Origin: Neodothiora populina
Taxonomy: Eukaryota
Assembly (NCBI RefSeq): GCF_041146345.1
Contig: NW_027191404.1
Coordinates: 496,001 to 560,000 of the forward strand
Length of the DNA: 64,000 nt
Direction of reading: 5' to 3'
A program made the translations under genes and the position numbers. Of the stretch, positions 34,759-48,860 are shown one piece after another. Positions within the stretch are counted from its first letter, which is position 1, and each line of letters begins with the position of its first letter. The notes beneath the pieces are model-generated. The model made no database searches. It saw only the letters and a program-made list of their open reading frames with translations, and was not told the DNA's origin.

Positions 34759-36348
34759 GAGTCCTGCAGAAGACTAGAACGATAAACAACATAAGACTCA
34801 AAACCAGGCACTTCCAGTTGGACCTGGAGGCTGTCTACGATATCACTGTAAGGAAGAACGACAGTTCGGGCGGGAGCAGCTCAAAGTAGGGGCTAGAGAT
34901 GAAGCTGATATGCATATATACCTCTTGCAAGATTGGCTGTGTCAGGACATGGGTCAACATGTAGGTTAAGCGGATGCCCATAAATCGATGCGAGATCAAA
35001 GTGCCTTTAAATTGACCACATCGAGCATCATGTCGCTCAAGTACTCCTCCGATGATGAACCATGCCATGTGTCGTCCATACCTGCATAGATGCAGAAGAA
35101 GGTGAGAGCGTGCCGATCATTGGTGCCGTCCATGCATGTGTTTGATGGGCTATTTATTGCCGGCTACACGCTAGGCGGATGAGGCTTGTAGCGTAAAAGC
35201 AGTCTCTCAGCCATCAAGCCCAGTTCTTTGGGTCTGGAGTGCCAAATAAGGCACTTTGTGTTACCTGGTCCATGTTGCGCGTAGCCGTTCACCTATCACG
35301 GACATTTGCCTTCTTCAGGGAGACGAGCTGGCGCATCGTATCTGACAAGTACCTTGATCACGGAGTATGCTTTCATCTCTCCAAAGGGCAGGAGGGTTCA
35401 TGATGACAAAAACCAACAACCAACGGAGACGCCGTGGCAGACCTAATCATTCTGGCGAATTCACGGAAAATCGCCTAGATCTTCACCGATGATGACACAA
35501 GTGCTGTAGGACCTATTTTCGGAGAGGGCGGAGGGTGAGGCGCTGTGGAGGGAAATCCGCAGGTACGGCTCCGCTCCCTGGGCACGATTGTTGGTCGCCG
35601 GGTCGCAAGAGCGAAAGCAAGGTTCAATGCTCTGTGCTCTGCAAATCAGAATGTGAGATGATGCCTAACCATGATCATGGTATTCTAGACCGAACGGACG
35701 GTCAAGCCGATGTCGTGCGCAATACTTATCACGCGGGCGGCTATCTGAGAAGATCACGGGAGGCCCGCTAGTCTTCAGCGAATGGCAGAAGCGCCTCGTG
35801 AATGCAGGGGTTATTGACCGGTATGGCTTCGCGTCGCTGATGCGACATCAGAATGCGACTTGCAATATAGACAGAAAGGCCACTCCACCAGTGGATTCGT
35901 GGTCATCTACCAACTATCCCGGACATGATCGGCTCGATCGCGCAACAATTAGCTTGCAACATATGCAACTTATTGGGGCTTCTGCCCAAGGTGAAACCCC
36001 AATGTCGCCATTGCAAAAGCGTTGGAAATAATTTCGAGATCTATGCGGCTACCCACACGTGGTGTTGCCGAACCGGCCACGGCTTGACCGATCGAGCAGG
36101 ATTCATCAAAAGGCTGGGATTGTTCAGCGCCCGAAGTGCGGGCCGCCTGCAAGCTTCCTTTGATTTACTCGGTGAAGCTACGAGTATAGTACATTCCTGC
36201 CAGTAGTAGATCTGCTAGCATTGCATAATCACAACACCATCTCGATACTTTACCCCTTCCTGGCGGATCAGCAGACCGTCCCCGAGAGCGCCTTTTTGTC
36301 GATGCCGTGCAGTGTCGAGCATATTGGAATCATGCGGTTAGCATGTTG

Positions 36349-38207
36349 TCAACCGATGTATTCTCTTGGCCAGGAAACTCTCCATCTGTCCTCGGGGTCA
36401 CCTAGTTGCCGATCATTGATTTGCAACAAGTTGATTGTCGTCTTACGATACTCCGCGCCAGCCGCTGTGGTCATTGCTTTCTTCCTGGCAAACGTGAGTA
36501 CCATGCTCGCAATACTATATCATTGCGCCTCAAGCGTAGCGCAAGCGTTGTAGTCCCGTAGCCATTCTGCTCGGTACTTCTCGAGTCCGAGCGTGAGAAT
36601 GGGATTGAGGAATGTGACCCTTGTGGTCTGCTTCGTTGTCTCAGCGCCATGCACGACTGGACAATTTGACGAGTGTAAGGTCGAGTTCGCTTGGATCGAC
36701 CACTGCCATCGACATTGGCTCCCTTACGCGAGACTTCTAGGCGAATTGTCATCGTTTGCAAGACTTTGTAGTAGATCGGCTATAGATCTTCATGGACAGG
36801 ATCTGGACCAAGGATGTTGGTCCTCACTCCGGATCTCGTGTTACGACAGTCTGGGAGTTGTCGGCAAAATACTCGGCTAGCAGAGTTGATCTTGACAGAA
36901 TCCACTGTAGCAGCTGAACTGTCGTTGATAAGTGATTTGCCTGGACAATCGGCAGTCGGCTGCCGCTGACTTGACCGTCCCCTTGCTTATGTCGCCCTAA
37001 CCTCACACTGGATCATTGCTTTATCCACAGATATGGAAATGGGTACTTACCATTGCGAGGCTGCGCTACCGCTTGTCCAGCATCTTCGAAAGATTTTCCT
37101 GCCCTTGTCGGACTAAATGTTGTTCGTCAGAGGATGCTGAATATTCTGTATTCTCGACATCCTATGACCGTCGCTTTGGGTTGACCTACATTCGACTCGG
37201 CTGGTAGAAGACTATGTGACTGATGTGCGAATCAGATGCTTGCCAGGCATTGAGAGAAGATCGGCCTTGGTGTTGCATAACACTCTCATGGAACTGGACG
37301 ACATCGTGGACGCTTTGACGTGCTGGATCGATGCCTCTATTCAGTCCATACGGGTGGAGTCTGTCCCAAGCAAAGCTGGATCGAGACTCGAGGACTGGGA
37401 CAATTCCTACCGAATCCTCTGTCTAGGTCGTTCTCGCTGTCTGCTGTCGCTGATATCGGTGTATGTCACTCTCTCGGTTGGAAAATCCAGCTCGAGTGTA
37501 CTTGTGATCTCGGTATGCGATACTCGAATCAGGATACTCTCGGCATCAAAACGCTTTGCTTCGGACACTTCAATCGATGGTTGGGGTCTTCGCATCCGAC
37601 CTGGGTTCAGCCCCTTTCCGAGGCGGTATGACACTGGTAATGTGACCACAACGAGACAAACATTACTTGTCTAATCATCTGTTGATTCAAAGAGAGCTTC
37701 TCACTGGACCCGGAACGTATTCGATTTGGTATCCCTACCAGCCGACTTGTAAGAGCCGCAGTGGTGACACAATGACGCCGTGCGACCAAATGAGTTGAAC
37801 CCACATGGCTTTGAGCCCAATTTCATGTTATCATTCGTCCACGATCGTGAGCCAGGGCTGCATAATGCATTGTCGCACCAGGTGTCAAGATATGCATTGC
37901 TCCTTTCAACCAACCTGTCAAAGCTGTTCATACAAAAGGGAGGGGATTCATGGTCACGATAAGGCGATTGCGGTGACACGAGGTTGGCAACGTCTGGAGT
38001 TTCAAGTCCATACATGGACTTCAGGTGGAACAGTTTGCATAAAAAGGATTTGATGCCCGTTTCAACATCTTGGGCTGGCAATTCAATCAGGTTGATGATA
38101 GAGGATAATAATCTGGTCCCAAGAAACTCAGGGGGTGTTGCCGACTGGAAAACGCCCCGCGCGTTCGCACTAGCCAGTCTTCGCGACTGAGTCGCGTGCC
38201 TACTCAA
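36349..38207 (-). pseudogene. Possible decayed gene(s), family unknown
   Basis: Chain of minus-strand protein-like fragments (e.g. RVTFLNPILTLGLEKYRAEWLRDYNACATLEAQ*YSIASMVLTFARKK; ORF 37701-38207) with internal stops and a GTAAGT donor near 37050. Confidence 0.25.
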
Positions 38208-39671
38208 AGCAGGTTACTCCCACTTTCACCTTGTTGCCTTCCATCCCATGAACATCCTCCTTTTCATCGCGCAAAAGCTGGCTGCAATCTTCACGAACTG
38301 GACCTTTGCCAAAGACATTCCCCCACAAAAGGTAACTCAATCCATTCCTTCTTCTTTGCCCATCATCGCAGTATCTCACCCCTGACTTCATTGATGACTT
38401 GCTCTGCTGTTATGTCGATAGAGCTCTAGCTGACTGCGAGACTTGAAGACACTTTGTTGTCTATGCCAGTGAACAAGCGACATTGAAGATCTCGCAGCGA
38501 TCTCTCTTGACCCCTGATCAGAACTTGAGACAGCAAGCAGATTCAGTACTGTCCTTAGCAAGGCCGCCTTTCGTCAACAGTCGCGGTGAGCATCGTCGCG
38601 TTTCTTCTCATCGTCGTCATTGACTTTTCAGTGATATTGCGACCGAATCCACAACATCCTTCACATCGCATGACTGACATCTATGTTGGGTCGCTGAATA
38701 GCGATCGCAGTGTGCAGGTTCCCATTGGAACTTACAACATTGCGACACTCTTTGAAATTCTTAGCGGTCACCTCGCTCCTTCGTCCGCTGTATCATAGTA
38801 TAGGTCCTATAAGACCTATCGTGCTATCTCAGACCTTCTGATTTTGTCGCTGCGGTTCGAAGGTGGCTACATCTTCGTCCAATTCCACAAATCCTGCACA
38901 AATCCTGCTTTTACTTCTCTCCTCACAGAACTGTATTCCAGACTGTTAGTCCAATCCAACAGGACACATCATCGTCAAAGTATTTCTCTTCGGACTTTTC
39001 GCAGCATCAAGGTCGAGACGTCGCACTCTTGTCCCTCTCCTTTTTGACGATAACAACGATACAGAAGTGCACTCTCCTTCGTTTTACTCTTCGGAAGATG
39101 TCCTATGTTCCCAGTATCTGGTCACGTTGACTCTGCCTACCAATCAGGCCTCGTCGTGGCATACTGAATCTGTTTTGCTCGTCTGCGGAGTTAATATACT
39201 CACTTCATTCTACACATACCACATCATCGAACAAATCATAGAGCCCCGCCAACGAAGGGACCTCAACATCTAGAGTCCGATTTCTGACTGCAAGCCTATC
39301 ATCGTTGACCCTGTCACTTACGAATAAGCTCATACATTGAGCGGTTTCTCCCTTTACGTGGACGGCATTAGCTCTATATCAAGTCCCCATTCACCTTCAG
39401 TCCCTACTCTCGCATCTTGAGGACAGGAAAAGGAGAGGCATTCCGGACTCAAAAACACATGCTAGATTGCCTGTCGCCATTTCATCGGTTCTGTGGTCTA
39501 CATACTCTCCAGAACTTTTCTCGAACACCTTGTTCTCAGAATATCGGCCACTCCAAGGTCCTTCAGGTACTTCAAAATTCCTGGCGGCCCACTGTTATCG
39601 TCCGCCTATCGACATCAGCTAGCCCTCGCTCCTTACGAGCAAGAAAGACCGCAAGGCAGAATACAGCAACA

Positions 39672-40754
39672 ATGCCTTCTCAGCAGCTCAATCATCAGGC
39701 CCGTGAACAGGAGAAGATTGAGAAGTACTTCAATCGAAAGCTGCTCAAAGATGTGACCCGAGAGCAGTGTGACCGCAAGGCCGAAGAGCTCTGTGGGCCC
39801 CCAATCAACTCTGTGGCTGTACAAGGTCTGTGCAGCTACACAGTCATTGCTGGTCCAGACCAGGACAAGATCGTCAACTTCCGTGAAGAGACAATCTCGG
39901 AAGTCGACCTGGCCTGCGTCGAGCGTGCTTGGGAGATACACGGGAATGTCGTTCCTAGGTGCACTGCGCGTGGATCGATTGGCCCTTTGAAGATACTGGA
40001 GATGCCAAAATTGAAGGGTCAAGCACAATCAGATGCTGCTTACAAGCTGCCGGGTCCTCTCCCACCTCAGGCTCTAAATCAGACGCAAGAGACGACGCGC
40101 GACATTGCCCGCTTCATGGCAGCTTCATGGAAGGGTCGCAACAAGGGACATCAAGACATGACTCGCGTCACTGAGCTACGCGACTTTGTCACCAAAGAGA
40201 TTCGTGCTTTTGCGCAGACTCTGCCAGAGCGCCACAAGGACCTCTTGGTCAAGCTCGAGAAACTTCTTCCCCATGCCTTCGAGAATGACTATCCGATGGT
40301 CCTGACCCATCTCGACCTCCTCCCCTGGAACATCTTGGTGGACTCTGGCGGCTCTGTCACGGGCGTGATCGACTGGTGGGATGCTCAGGTGATGCCATTC
40401 GGTGTGGCACTCCAGGGCTTTTTCTTCACCTGCCTTGGTTACATGGACGATGTCGACGATACCAAAGTCTGGTCACTGTATGAGGAGCATGTCGAGCTGG
40501 AAGAACTCTTCTGGAACGCATTCGCCAAGGCTACTGACTCAGACGCCATGCAGGAGTCGGACTTTGCAGGTATGACTGTAGCCCAGCTGATGGGCTACTA
40601 TCTCCGCTACGGCTCAACATGGGACGAGGGTCTCGGTGAAGCTGGTGCTTACAGGCCATCTCGCGATGGCGACGAAAAGATGGTCTATCTCGACGCAGTC
40701 GTAGGCTGGACCTATAAGCACCAGGACCTCCTCGAGGGCTTGCTCCTGAATTAG
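39672..40754 (+). CDS. Aminoglycoside phosphotransferase (APH)/choline-kinase-like protein
   Basis: QGLCSYTV N-lobe motif, Brenner motif THLDLLPWNILVD and GVIDW; intronless; first in-frame ATG in good context (MPSQQ). Confidence 0.85.
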   Translation: MPSQQLNHQAREQEKIEKYFNRKLLKDVTREQCDRKAEELCGPPINSVAVQGLCSYTVIAGPDQDKIVNFREETISEVDLACVERAWEIHGNVVPRCTARGSIGPLKILEMPKLKGQAQSDAAYKLPGPLPPQALNQTQETTRDIARFMAASWKGRNKGHQDMTRVTELRDFVTKEIRAFAQTLPERHKDLLVKLEKLLPHAFENDYPMVLTHLDLLPWNILVDSGGSVTGVIDWWDAQVMPFGVALQGFFFTCLGYMDDVDDTKVWSLYEEHVELEELFWNAFAKATDSDAMQESDFAGMTVAQLMGYYLRYGSTWDEGLGEAGAYRPSRDGDEKMVYLDAVVGWTYKHQDLLEGLLLN

Positions 40755-41410
40755 ATCCATATGGCGTTCAAGAAACGACCCATAACTTGCAGAATGAGAT
40801 TTTATTACAAACGACGCAGTCTCGTCAAGTAGCTTACACATTTACGTTCATTTGTACTTCTGAATTCCATTGTATATGCTAGAGCGGGTATTGGTGAGAA
40901 TGTGCTTTGTTAGACGATTGAGTCGTCCTACACAGTGCCAACAGCCTTGGTCGACAAGGTAGCAAACAAGCGAGATACTTGGAAATTGAGTGTATAGATT
41001 GACAACAACATAGGGACTGGGCTGGCATGTTTGAAACAGCATGCCAATCACTAATCCAACCGTTCTCAAGTAAGGTAGTGATTGATCGGACATGTATTTA
41101 CTGTATATGAGCAAGTGATGTCGCGTCATCTCCACGATCAAGTCTGCAAGTGTAGGGCTGGCCAGCACCTCTATAACGCCGTAGGCATATCATTGCCTCA
41201 CCGCTTAACACACGAACACTGAGCGTATGCTCATGGCACGTATTCTGCCCAAAGACGAAGTGTCCAGGAAAACGATCAGAAAGGTCAACCATCAGTAAGG
41301 AAATACCTGTCTAGGCACGGATTCCTGTTGCAGCAGCGGTTCTTAGATAAACTATATATACAGTAAAATTTGTGGTCTTTTCAATCACTGAGTATCGCAA
41401 GATACTTCCA

Positions 41411-41481
41411 GCTTCAGTGGTCCAACGGTAGGATAATCGCCTTCCAAGCGATTGGCCCGGGTTCGACTCCCGGCTGATGCA
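41411..41481 (+). tRNA. tRNA-Gly(TCC)
   Basis: Cloverleaf with anticodon stem ATCGC/GCGAT, loop CTTCCAA and T-loop GTTCGACTC; A discriminator; downstream T-run. The acceptor stem has a T3-T70 mismatch. Confidence 0.92.
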
Positions 41482-42031
41482 ATCAGCTGCAACCAATCCA
41501 TTCTTTTTGCATCCCTTTGCCTCATAGTCAGACCATGAAATGATTGATTTTCCTTTTCTCGCGACTAATTGCTCACTTGGCGATGGTATTCAGTATCAGT
41601 GATGAATGGCCGTGTTCGAATTTTCGGGGCGGTCGGTCTGAACTTTGGTGGTCTGAGAGAGATGCAAGTTGGACTTCGGGGCGCATGGTCTTGAGGGCGA
41701 CCCTGGTGACCCAATCTATGCACCTTCCTCAGTGGTAACAATTCACATAGCCCATATTTTCCTTTTTTGTTTGTGGTCGACAGCTCTCCAATATGTTTGA
41801 CTGGTACCATGCTAAGCCACGAGTTCGTTTGCTATGCTGTTCAGTAATAATTAAGGTGTGGTATCTCTGTCGCTAAGTCGTGGTGCTTACGTGCTTGCTA
41901 ATATCTGAAAATACTCTGCAAACACGAGCGGCTCCTAGGTAATGTGATTGGACTAAGCATACTGTATGTCTGATACATCAAGAATATTCGACGCTATATC
42001 GCAAAGACTATGCTAAAACTAGTAGCCTTTC

Positions 42032-43473
42032 TTATATGCTGGAAGAAGAGCTGGTCCTAGATACAGTCCTTGATAAATCCTCCCCGTCTAAGGGAGGCTC
42101 AAGATCCTTCTTTCCCTTGACGACTCTGTCACACCATGAACACCAACTCCTGTTGAGGCCGTCTTGTTCGCGTCTCAAATAATGACCGTGCTCCCGTTCG
42201 TCTTCGTACTCTTTTACGACGGCACCCACCCTGACTCGCCGCTTTACCTTCTTCTTGACAACACCACCGATGCCTTCCATCTCTTGCATGAGATAGCTTG
42301 TCCCGCTCCAAGTGCGGCCTTCCATCTCAGCCTTCATTGAAAGCTGTTTCAATGCCTCGAGCTCTTCTGCATCACAGTCTATCTCCTTTTCCACCTCCTT
42401 AGCAGCGAGGCAATATGAAGGACGTCCACATTGCACACCCTCGATACCTTCGCCAATACCGGTACCAAGCCCACCGAGATATGTCGAGTATCTCGTTCGC
42501 CAGGTCCAGCCGCGCATATAAGTGGTATCGTGAGTGCGCAAGGACTGTCCACATGGCTGACAGATCCAGACCTGCTCGTCGCAGGAGCAGGGATCGCGAG
42601 CGATGGCGGTATGTTGATGTTCATCAGAAGTGCCACTCGAACTAAGGGACTCTTTTAGCACACGTATTGATATGTCTTCGTTTACGAACCTTGAGTCATC
42701 AGCCTGACAACACTCATCGACGACATATCGAGTATGTTCGTCTAGTGGCGACTTGATGCATGTTCGACAAAGACGGCGATGCCTGCCTCTCAGCGCTGTT
42801 GGTACCGGCGCTTTCACTATACAATTCTGTTTGTATGCATTAGCTTTCCAGCGACTCTCTCTTCGTCCTACCTCGAGGTTCATGACCCTCCATCGATTGA
42901 AGCATACCCTACACACAGCACTACTACATCTGCGACACTGACCGACCATATCTCTTGCGCAAGTCCCGACCTTGCCACTGGTCATCTTGGGTACTTTGAT
43001 GCCATTGGGGCCAAACGTGCTCCAGTTCTGATGTGTCTCCTTCGAATTCTTCCCAAGATGTGATCCGGGCTCTTCATCCTCGTTGAAGCATCGAAGCGTC
43101 TGCGATATCAACTGACGGCGGTATTCTAGAAGATTGGCTCGAACTTGTCGACAGGTACGTGATAGGTCGTGCAGTGAATTCAGGTCAAGTCCTTGTGCTA
43201 ATAGCGTCACAATTCTACATGGGGAAGGAATTGCATTAATAAATTGTGTGTATTACCGACAAGGATGACAAGAATCGAATATACTTACGGATAGCATGCC
43301 ATTGCTTCGGAGAACTTATTTCGAAGATTCGGATTCGGCCGATTGCTCTCGTCTCTCTCTCCATCATCGGATTGAGCTGATATGTTCCTACGGTTCTGTG
43401 CAATCACATAGCGGTTAAAGTCATTTGCCGTCTGGTATGGCTCTTGAGCGTCCATATCGAGCAGGACCACCAT
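42032..43473 (-). CDS. Fungal hypothetical protein with an F-box-like N-terminal motif and several CxxC motifs; introns 43288-43215 and 42907-42827
   Basis: YPIVTLLAQGLDLNSLHDLSRTCRQVRANL, CRRC...CRNC, RRLCRTC, WICQPCG and WCSWC; canonical splice signals. Start is 43473 or 43455. Confidence 0.8.
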
Positions 43474-44310
43474 GGTGCGTTTGCAATGAATAGGAGGACG
43501 GATACTTTCCCATCGAAGCTGTCTCGCCAGCCAGCCAGAATAAATATACTTCTCGAATATTTCTTATGGTTCCACACACAACATACACTGACACTGTCAT
43601 GTGTCTGCAACAGGAGAAAGACCTTGGCCCGAGTCCGATGTCGTCGGTCGGCTGTTTCGTGAGGCACCACAAAGCACCCTGCCAGATAGCGGGGCAAGCG
43701 TCGGTCTCATTCGCGTCATTCTGGGCCCATCTGATAAGACTTTGCGGATCTAACCAGCACTGTGCAACTGCAATATGGGTGGAATTTAACTCTGTTTGGA
43801 GATGTGGACCACTCCATGGTGTTATTCGCTCGCACGCACTATCACTTGATGAGGTATAGATGCGAAGTAGAAGCATCGGTCGAACGCGTACATTGCCTGT
43901 GCGAGATCGCACTTGCATCTCTTGATGAAACATAACTTACTGCTCGTCGAGGGATCATTCTGGTCAGATGTCACGTCGACTTGTCGATGAATTGAGAACG
44001 CCGACATATCCGGGCAAGGAAGGTCAAAAAGAAAATACCTTGACAGCGGCAATTTACATCCGAATGAAGCTCAGAAGGGCTCATAATGAGCTTGCTCCCA
44101 GAATCTCATAGGAAACAGTGTTGATCTCAAATATGGAAACACTCGAACTGAGTACATTGGATGAATATGGCAACAGATGTTATACAAAAATTACGGAAGG
44201 GTAACGTAAGAAATATTGACAGAGAAATTAAACGTGCAACCAGGAGAACCATGGTTCGTCCCTCAACGACACAGACTCGTACTACATTCTGTCCACGTTC
44301 GCCACCACAC

Positions 44311-45271
44311 TTAAGCAAGGTATGTGGCAACCTCAAGAACCGCAGGACCGGCAACAGTGTTGTCATCTCCAAGGGTGGTGTTTGATGAGGTGAGGATAGC
44401 GAAAACCTCGCCAGCGGGTCCATTGGCGCCGCTGGGGATCTGGGCCATGAGCGTACCATCGGCGTTACGGGTGACAGGTTCGAAGACAGCACCAGTCACG
44501 AGAGGGAAGGCAATGTAGAGCTGACCCGCAGGTAGAGTAGCATTGGAAACCTTGTAGGTGATGCTTGCGCCCTGGACAGATGGCATGCCGGTCGCTACAG
44601 TCAGAGCAGGGAAAGCCTTGACGGGAAGCGCAGGGTTGCTCTCGGGGCAAGAGACAATGAAGGGAGCAGCCAGGGAGTAAACCTCGTTGAAGTCAAGAGG
44701 AGTGTCGAAGGGCTGAGGGAAGGGGCTCTGCTTGAGAAGGCCACGGACAAAGGCGTCGTGGCGGGCCTCAACTGTGAGGATAGATGCGGCTGCGGTGAGG
44801 TAGGCCTTGTTGGTGATGTTGGCTGCGGCACCGAGGTATGCACTAACACCAACACCCTCCAGGATAGACGATGTCTGGAGGAAGGTTTGAGGGGTCAGAG
44901 CGCCGAAGTTGTAAGTACATGCTGCAACGGGAGCGACACCAGCGGCTGGACGCAAATTAGCTTCGAACACAGGGTCCTCGACAGCAAACTAAAGACGTAC
45001 CTTGGAGTGCGGTTGTGAGGAAGCTGACGTGAGTGGCCTCATCCCGAGCAATTTCTTGGAGGTTCTTGTAGAACTGAGGATCGCTAAATCCAGCTCTGCA
45101 GAACTCGGCCTCGGTGAAGTTCTGGAGACCTTGAGCATAGAAGGCAGCTTCAAGGTGCTCGAGGGTAAGAGCATAGTTGAGAATAACACCGTCGATGTCA
45201 TCTCTCTTGACCAAAGGGGCGGCCATGGCTGCAACAGCCAAGGCAGTGGTGCTAAGAATGGCAGTCTTCAT
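44311..45271 (-). CDS. Secreted Rds1-like ferritin-like (Ferritin_2) protein; intron 45000-44946
   Basis: Signal peptide plus KR site, ILNYALTLEHLEAAFY, DEATHV, LEGVGVSAYLGAA and ILTVEARH. Confidence 0.92.
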
Positions 45272-46069
45272 CTTGATGAAAGGGGTGTGGTAGTGGGGAA
45301 AATGGAGAAGAAGGAGATGTGTTCAAGTCGAGGCCGAGTATTGTTCTTGTGATGTTCTGATCGTATTTCCCATGGACAACATGAGCACTTTATACCATTT
45401 CTTTCCTGGACTTGGCCTCTTCTTTCGGAATGCCATCATTCCGTTCGCAAACTTTCGCCATCAACGCCGTGGAAATGGATGTAAGACGGTATGCGATAAT
45501 CTCTCATTGTGCCGCACCATTTGGACGAATCAGCTCAAGACAGATTCATGTCCACATGGTCATTGCTCGCAAAGATCCAAATGTTGTGATGGCCTAGGTG
45601 GTGATTGAGGGTCATAAGGTTGCCGCTAAATGTAAGGTTGTTTTCCAAGCTTAAATCTGTCCAGTAGGAAATATCGCCGCGCAGAACGCTAAGCCAATTT
45701 CCACCAGAACGTTAAAGTCTGGCGACGAGATGACGCGGGGTTTGCCAGAAAACCGCCATGTGGAGTCATTTCAAATCGTCTTGGGTCTCTCCCGGATGCT
45801 TGATATCCGTCCGCATCTAAGACACTACACCTTAAAGGGACAGGACTACCACTCAAGTCCCGGAATCACAGGATCCGTTCGCTGAATCGAGCATCACATG
45901 GTCTGATCTTCTTCTTGTTTGTGGCGGCAGCAGAAACACGATCCGTGCAAACGAGAAGTGGTGAAATGTGTCATGAGCGTAAATATCATTAATTGGCTGT
46001 ATACCAGTCCTGGGCCACATAATTGCGACCAATCGCGTCAATGCTCAAAAAGCTAGGAAAAAAACATGA

Positions 46070-47781
46070 TTACAAACAGAATCTGAATCCGGTACCCACT
46101 CCAGGGACATCCTCGCCCCGATCGAGCTTCTTGTTGAGCCTTCCGAGCATAATGCGAAGGATAAGCGCTGCCACGATGGCCATGACGGCTGTGCCGCAGT
46201 TGACACACATGGCAATGATGTACCTGGGCTCGAAGGAGTCCTGGTACATGTAACTTGCGTAGATGGAGGTCAAGTTGCTCACACAGTTAATCAAGGCGAT
46301 GGATGCAGCTCTCTTCGACGCCGGTCGGACGAGTGTGTTTGAGATCCACGCTAGAATAACAACAAAAGCAGGGTAAAACGATCCAGGCATAAGCATGATG
46401 GCCACATAGCGGGGTGCTAGGCTGGTAGTGCTAACGGCCAAGATGAAGGCGACAACGGAAACGGTGAGTGGGAGCACAATGTGGTAGAACCGCTCGCCAG
46501 TCTTGTCCGCGTGCCATGCATTGAGGGACGCTGTAATGCATGCCAAGACATAAGGAGGAGCGGTCAAGAGCAGGGTGTCAATGTTCTTGTAACCCAAAGT
46601 GGCAACGACGGTCGGGAAGAAATTGGTAACACTAGCGCTGGAGACGACACCAGTCAGGATGGCCATGAGGATCCAGGTCTTGACATCCTTCATCGCCAAG
46701 ATGAAGCCATGGAAGAAGCCGTGGTCGTCTTCGTTGTAGCTGTCATCGGTGCCAACATCCTCCTCGAGACGGAATGCTGCGAGCTCTCTCTCCTGCTCGT
46801 TCAACCACGATGTCGTGCGGGGAAAATTGGGTAGGACGAAGAATGCGCTTGCAGAAATAACGACGGTGATTGCACCTTCGATGATGAAAAGCCATCTCCT
46901 GTTTATGCTGTTAGTCACTCATTCGGTCACATGCTTTGAAACAAATCAACTAACCAAGCAGCAAGGCCCTTCTTTCCGTCCATACCACTGGTGATACCGG
47001 CAGAGATGAGACCAGAGAAGGCGCCAGAAATCAGAGATCCCGAGTAAAGAAGGGCTGTTCGGAGACCAAGTTCCTTTCGGGTGTACCAACTACTGAGGAA
47101 GAAGAGACATCCAGGGAAGTATGCCGCCTCAACGAAACCCAGGACGAAACGAACACCGACAACACCACCGTACGATTGAGCAGCTCCGGTGCATCCAGAG
47201 ATCAGACCCTATATCTTTGATCAGTACATCAGTCATACATCGTCTGAAGGTGCTGCTTACCCAAAGACACATGACCGTGGGAAGGAATACGGCAGGCTTC
47301 TTGAATTTACTCAAAATCAAATTGGACGGCACCTAATTAATTCTGTCAGCAACCAGAACGTCTCAATTGCGGAACCACACAACCTTACCTGCATCAGAAT
47401 GTATCCGACAAACAGGATACTAACGCAAGTGTCATATTGCGTCGAAGTCATGCCCAGATCTTCGACCAATCCCTTCTTTCCGGCGAATTTGGCTGACGCG
47501 ATGTTGTTTCGGTCAAGGTAGTTCATGATGTACATGAGAATCAACATGGGCAGTAGTCTCAGGTCGATCTTCCGCACGAGTTTCTTCTCTAGGATCTTTC
47601 TCTCCTCTGGCGTAATGCCCCTTAGGATTTCTGGAACATTGGGACCTGCGAAACCTTGATCCTTCTTCTCGGACTCGAGTTCAGCATCTTCGTATGTGGT
47701 AGCCTCGAGGTCCTTCTTCTCCTCTGGGAAAACCCCCGGCGTCACTTCACTCGTGGAGGCCTTGGATCTACTGAAATGCAT
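46070..47781 (-). CDS. MFS transporter, anion:cation symporter (allantoate permease-like) family; introns 47388-47333, 47260-47209, 46954-46899
   Basis: LVRKIDLRLLP...YLDRNNIASA, QVPSNL, RFVLGFVEAAYFPG, WYTRKELGLR and WRWLFIIEG. Confidence 0.93.
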
Positions 47782-48844
47782 GATGGTGGTTGTGTCACAA
47801 TAGCCAGGACTTGGTGTATTGATCACAATGTAGGATACAGCTGGGGAAGCATATTCTGTACATGCAGCATGGTAATGATCTTATATACAACAATATCACA
47901 AGGGCGTCTGTCACCCCCCGGTTTCATACGGTAGTAGTATCGGTTACGGGTTGGTCATCATAGTCGGAAAAAAGTGTTGGAACGGATGCATATCCTTTCT
48001 CTTACGGGTAAAGAGCGTCAAAGCCGCAAGCGTGCTTTCTCCACCGCCCCCCGTGGGTACTCCACCTATTTTGCATATCACCAAAACATCGATTGCCACA
48101 TTAGTGATAAATTCCTGCCAATGCTCGGAGATCACGTCGCCTTGGTCGCTAGAGGTTTCGTGTAACAGGCCTTTTTCGGTCGCTCACCCAAATTGTCATG
48201 ACTTGCCTGTTCTCTGCCTGTTCTCCACGAGCAAAACATTCTATCCAGACGACATGCGTGAAGTTTTTGCGGAGGAATCTGATCTGATTCAGTGCTACCG
48301 CAGTACCGCCGCCCCCGGGGGGTTTTGTTGTGGGTCTCTTTTCCAATCTCAACTCCACAACAGCGGAGGTTGCCCCAGTTTGTCGACTCCTGCGTAGCAA
48401 GCGGAGTTTTCCCTTGCTCTCCCACTGTATGTAATCGATGATAGTGAGATCCGCGAGTCGTCTCTGGCCTTGCAGGGTTGCAATGCAATGCGCGCACGGT
48501 GGTCCACCGTCTCTCACGCCCCGGGTTCCGAGCGAGACCTAGTGAGCGCGTGTTCGTGTTGTTGGGCTGTTTCACCCTCTACTAATCGTCATCAGGCGAC
48601 TTTCACCCTGGACTATCGCGTCGTGAGTTGCGTCTTTTGGCAAGCACCGCACGAAGATGGCGGTAAAACCGGGCACGAACAGCACGAACACTCTACACCT
48701 GTGCAGCTAAGCAACTTATCTGATCTGCAAATGCTAATCCCGGGTGGATGTTTCTCTTGGCCTTGATCGTTATACGTGCAATGTGCAGTAAGCAGCGTCA
48801 GTAGCAGCAGAGCAATCTGTGGGGGAGTAAAGTGGAGGAAAAGC

Positions 48845-48860
48845 CTCTCTCTCTCTCTCT
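48845..48860. repeat. (CT)8 microsatellite
   Basis: Read directly from the sequence. Confidence 0.85.

Noticed and set aside
41599..41656. Box C (GTGATGA) and box D (CTGA) snoRNA-like segment after tRNA-Gly
   Set aside because: Too short, no clear terminal stem and no recognisable rRNA guide.
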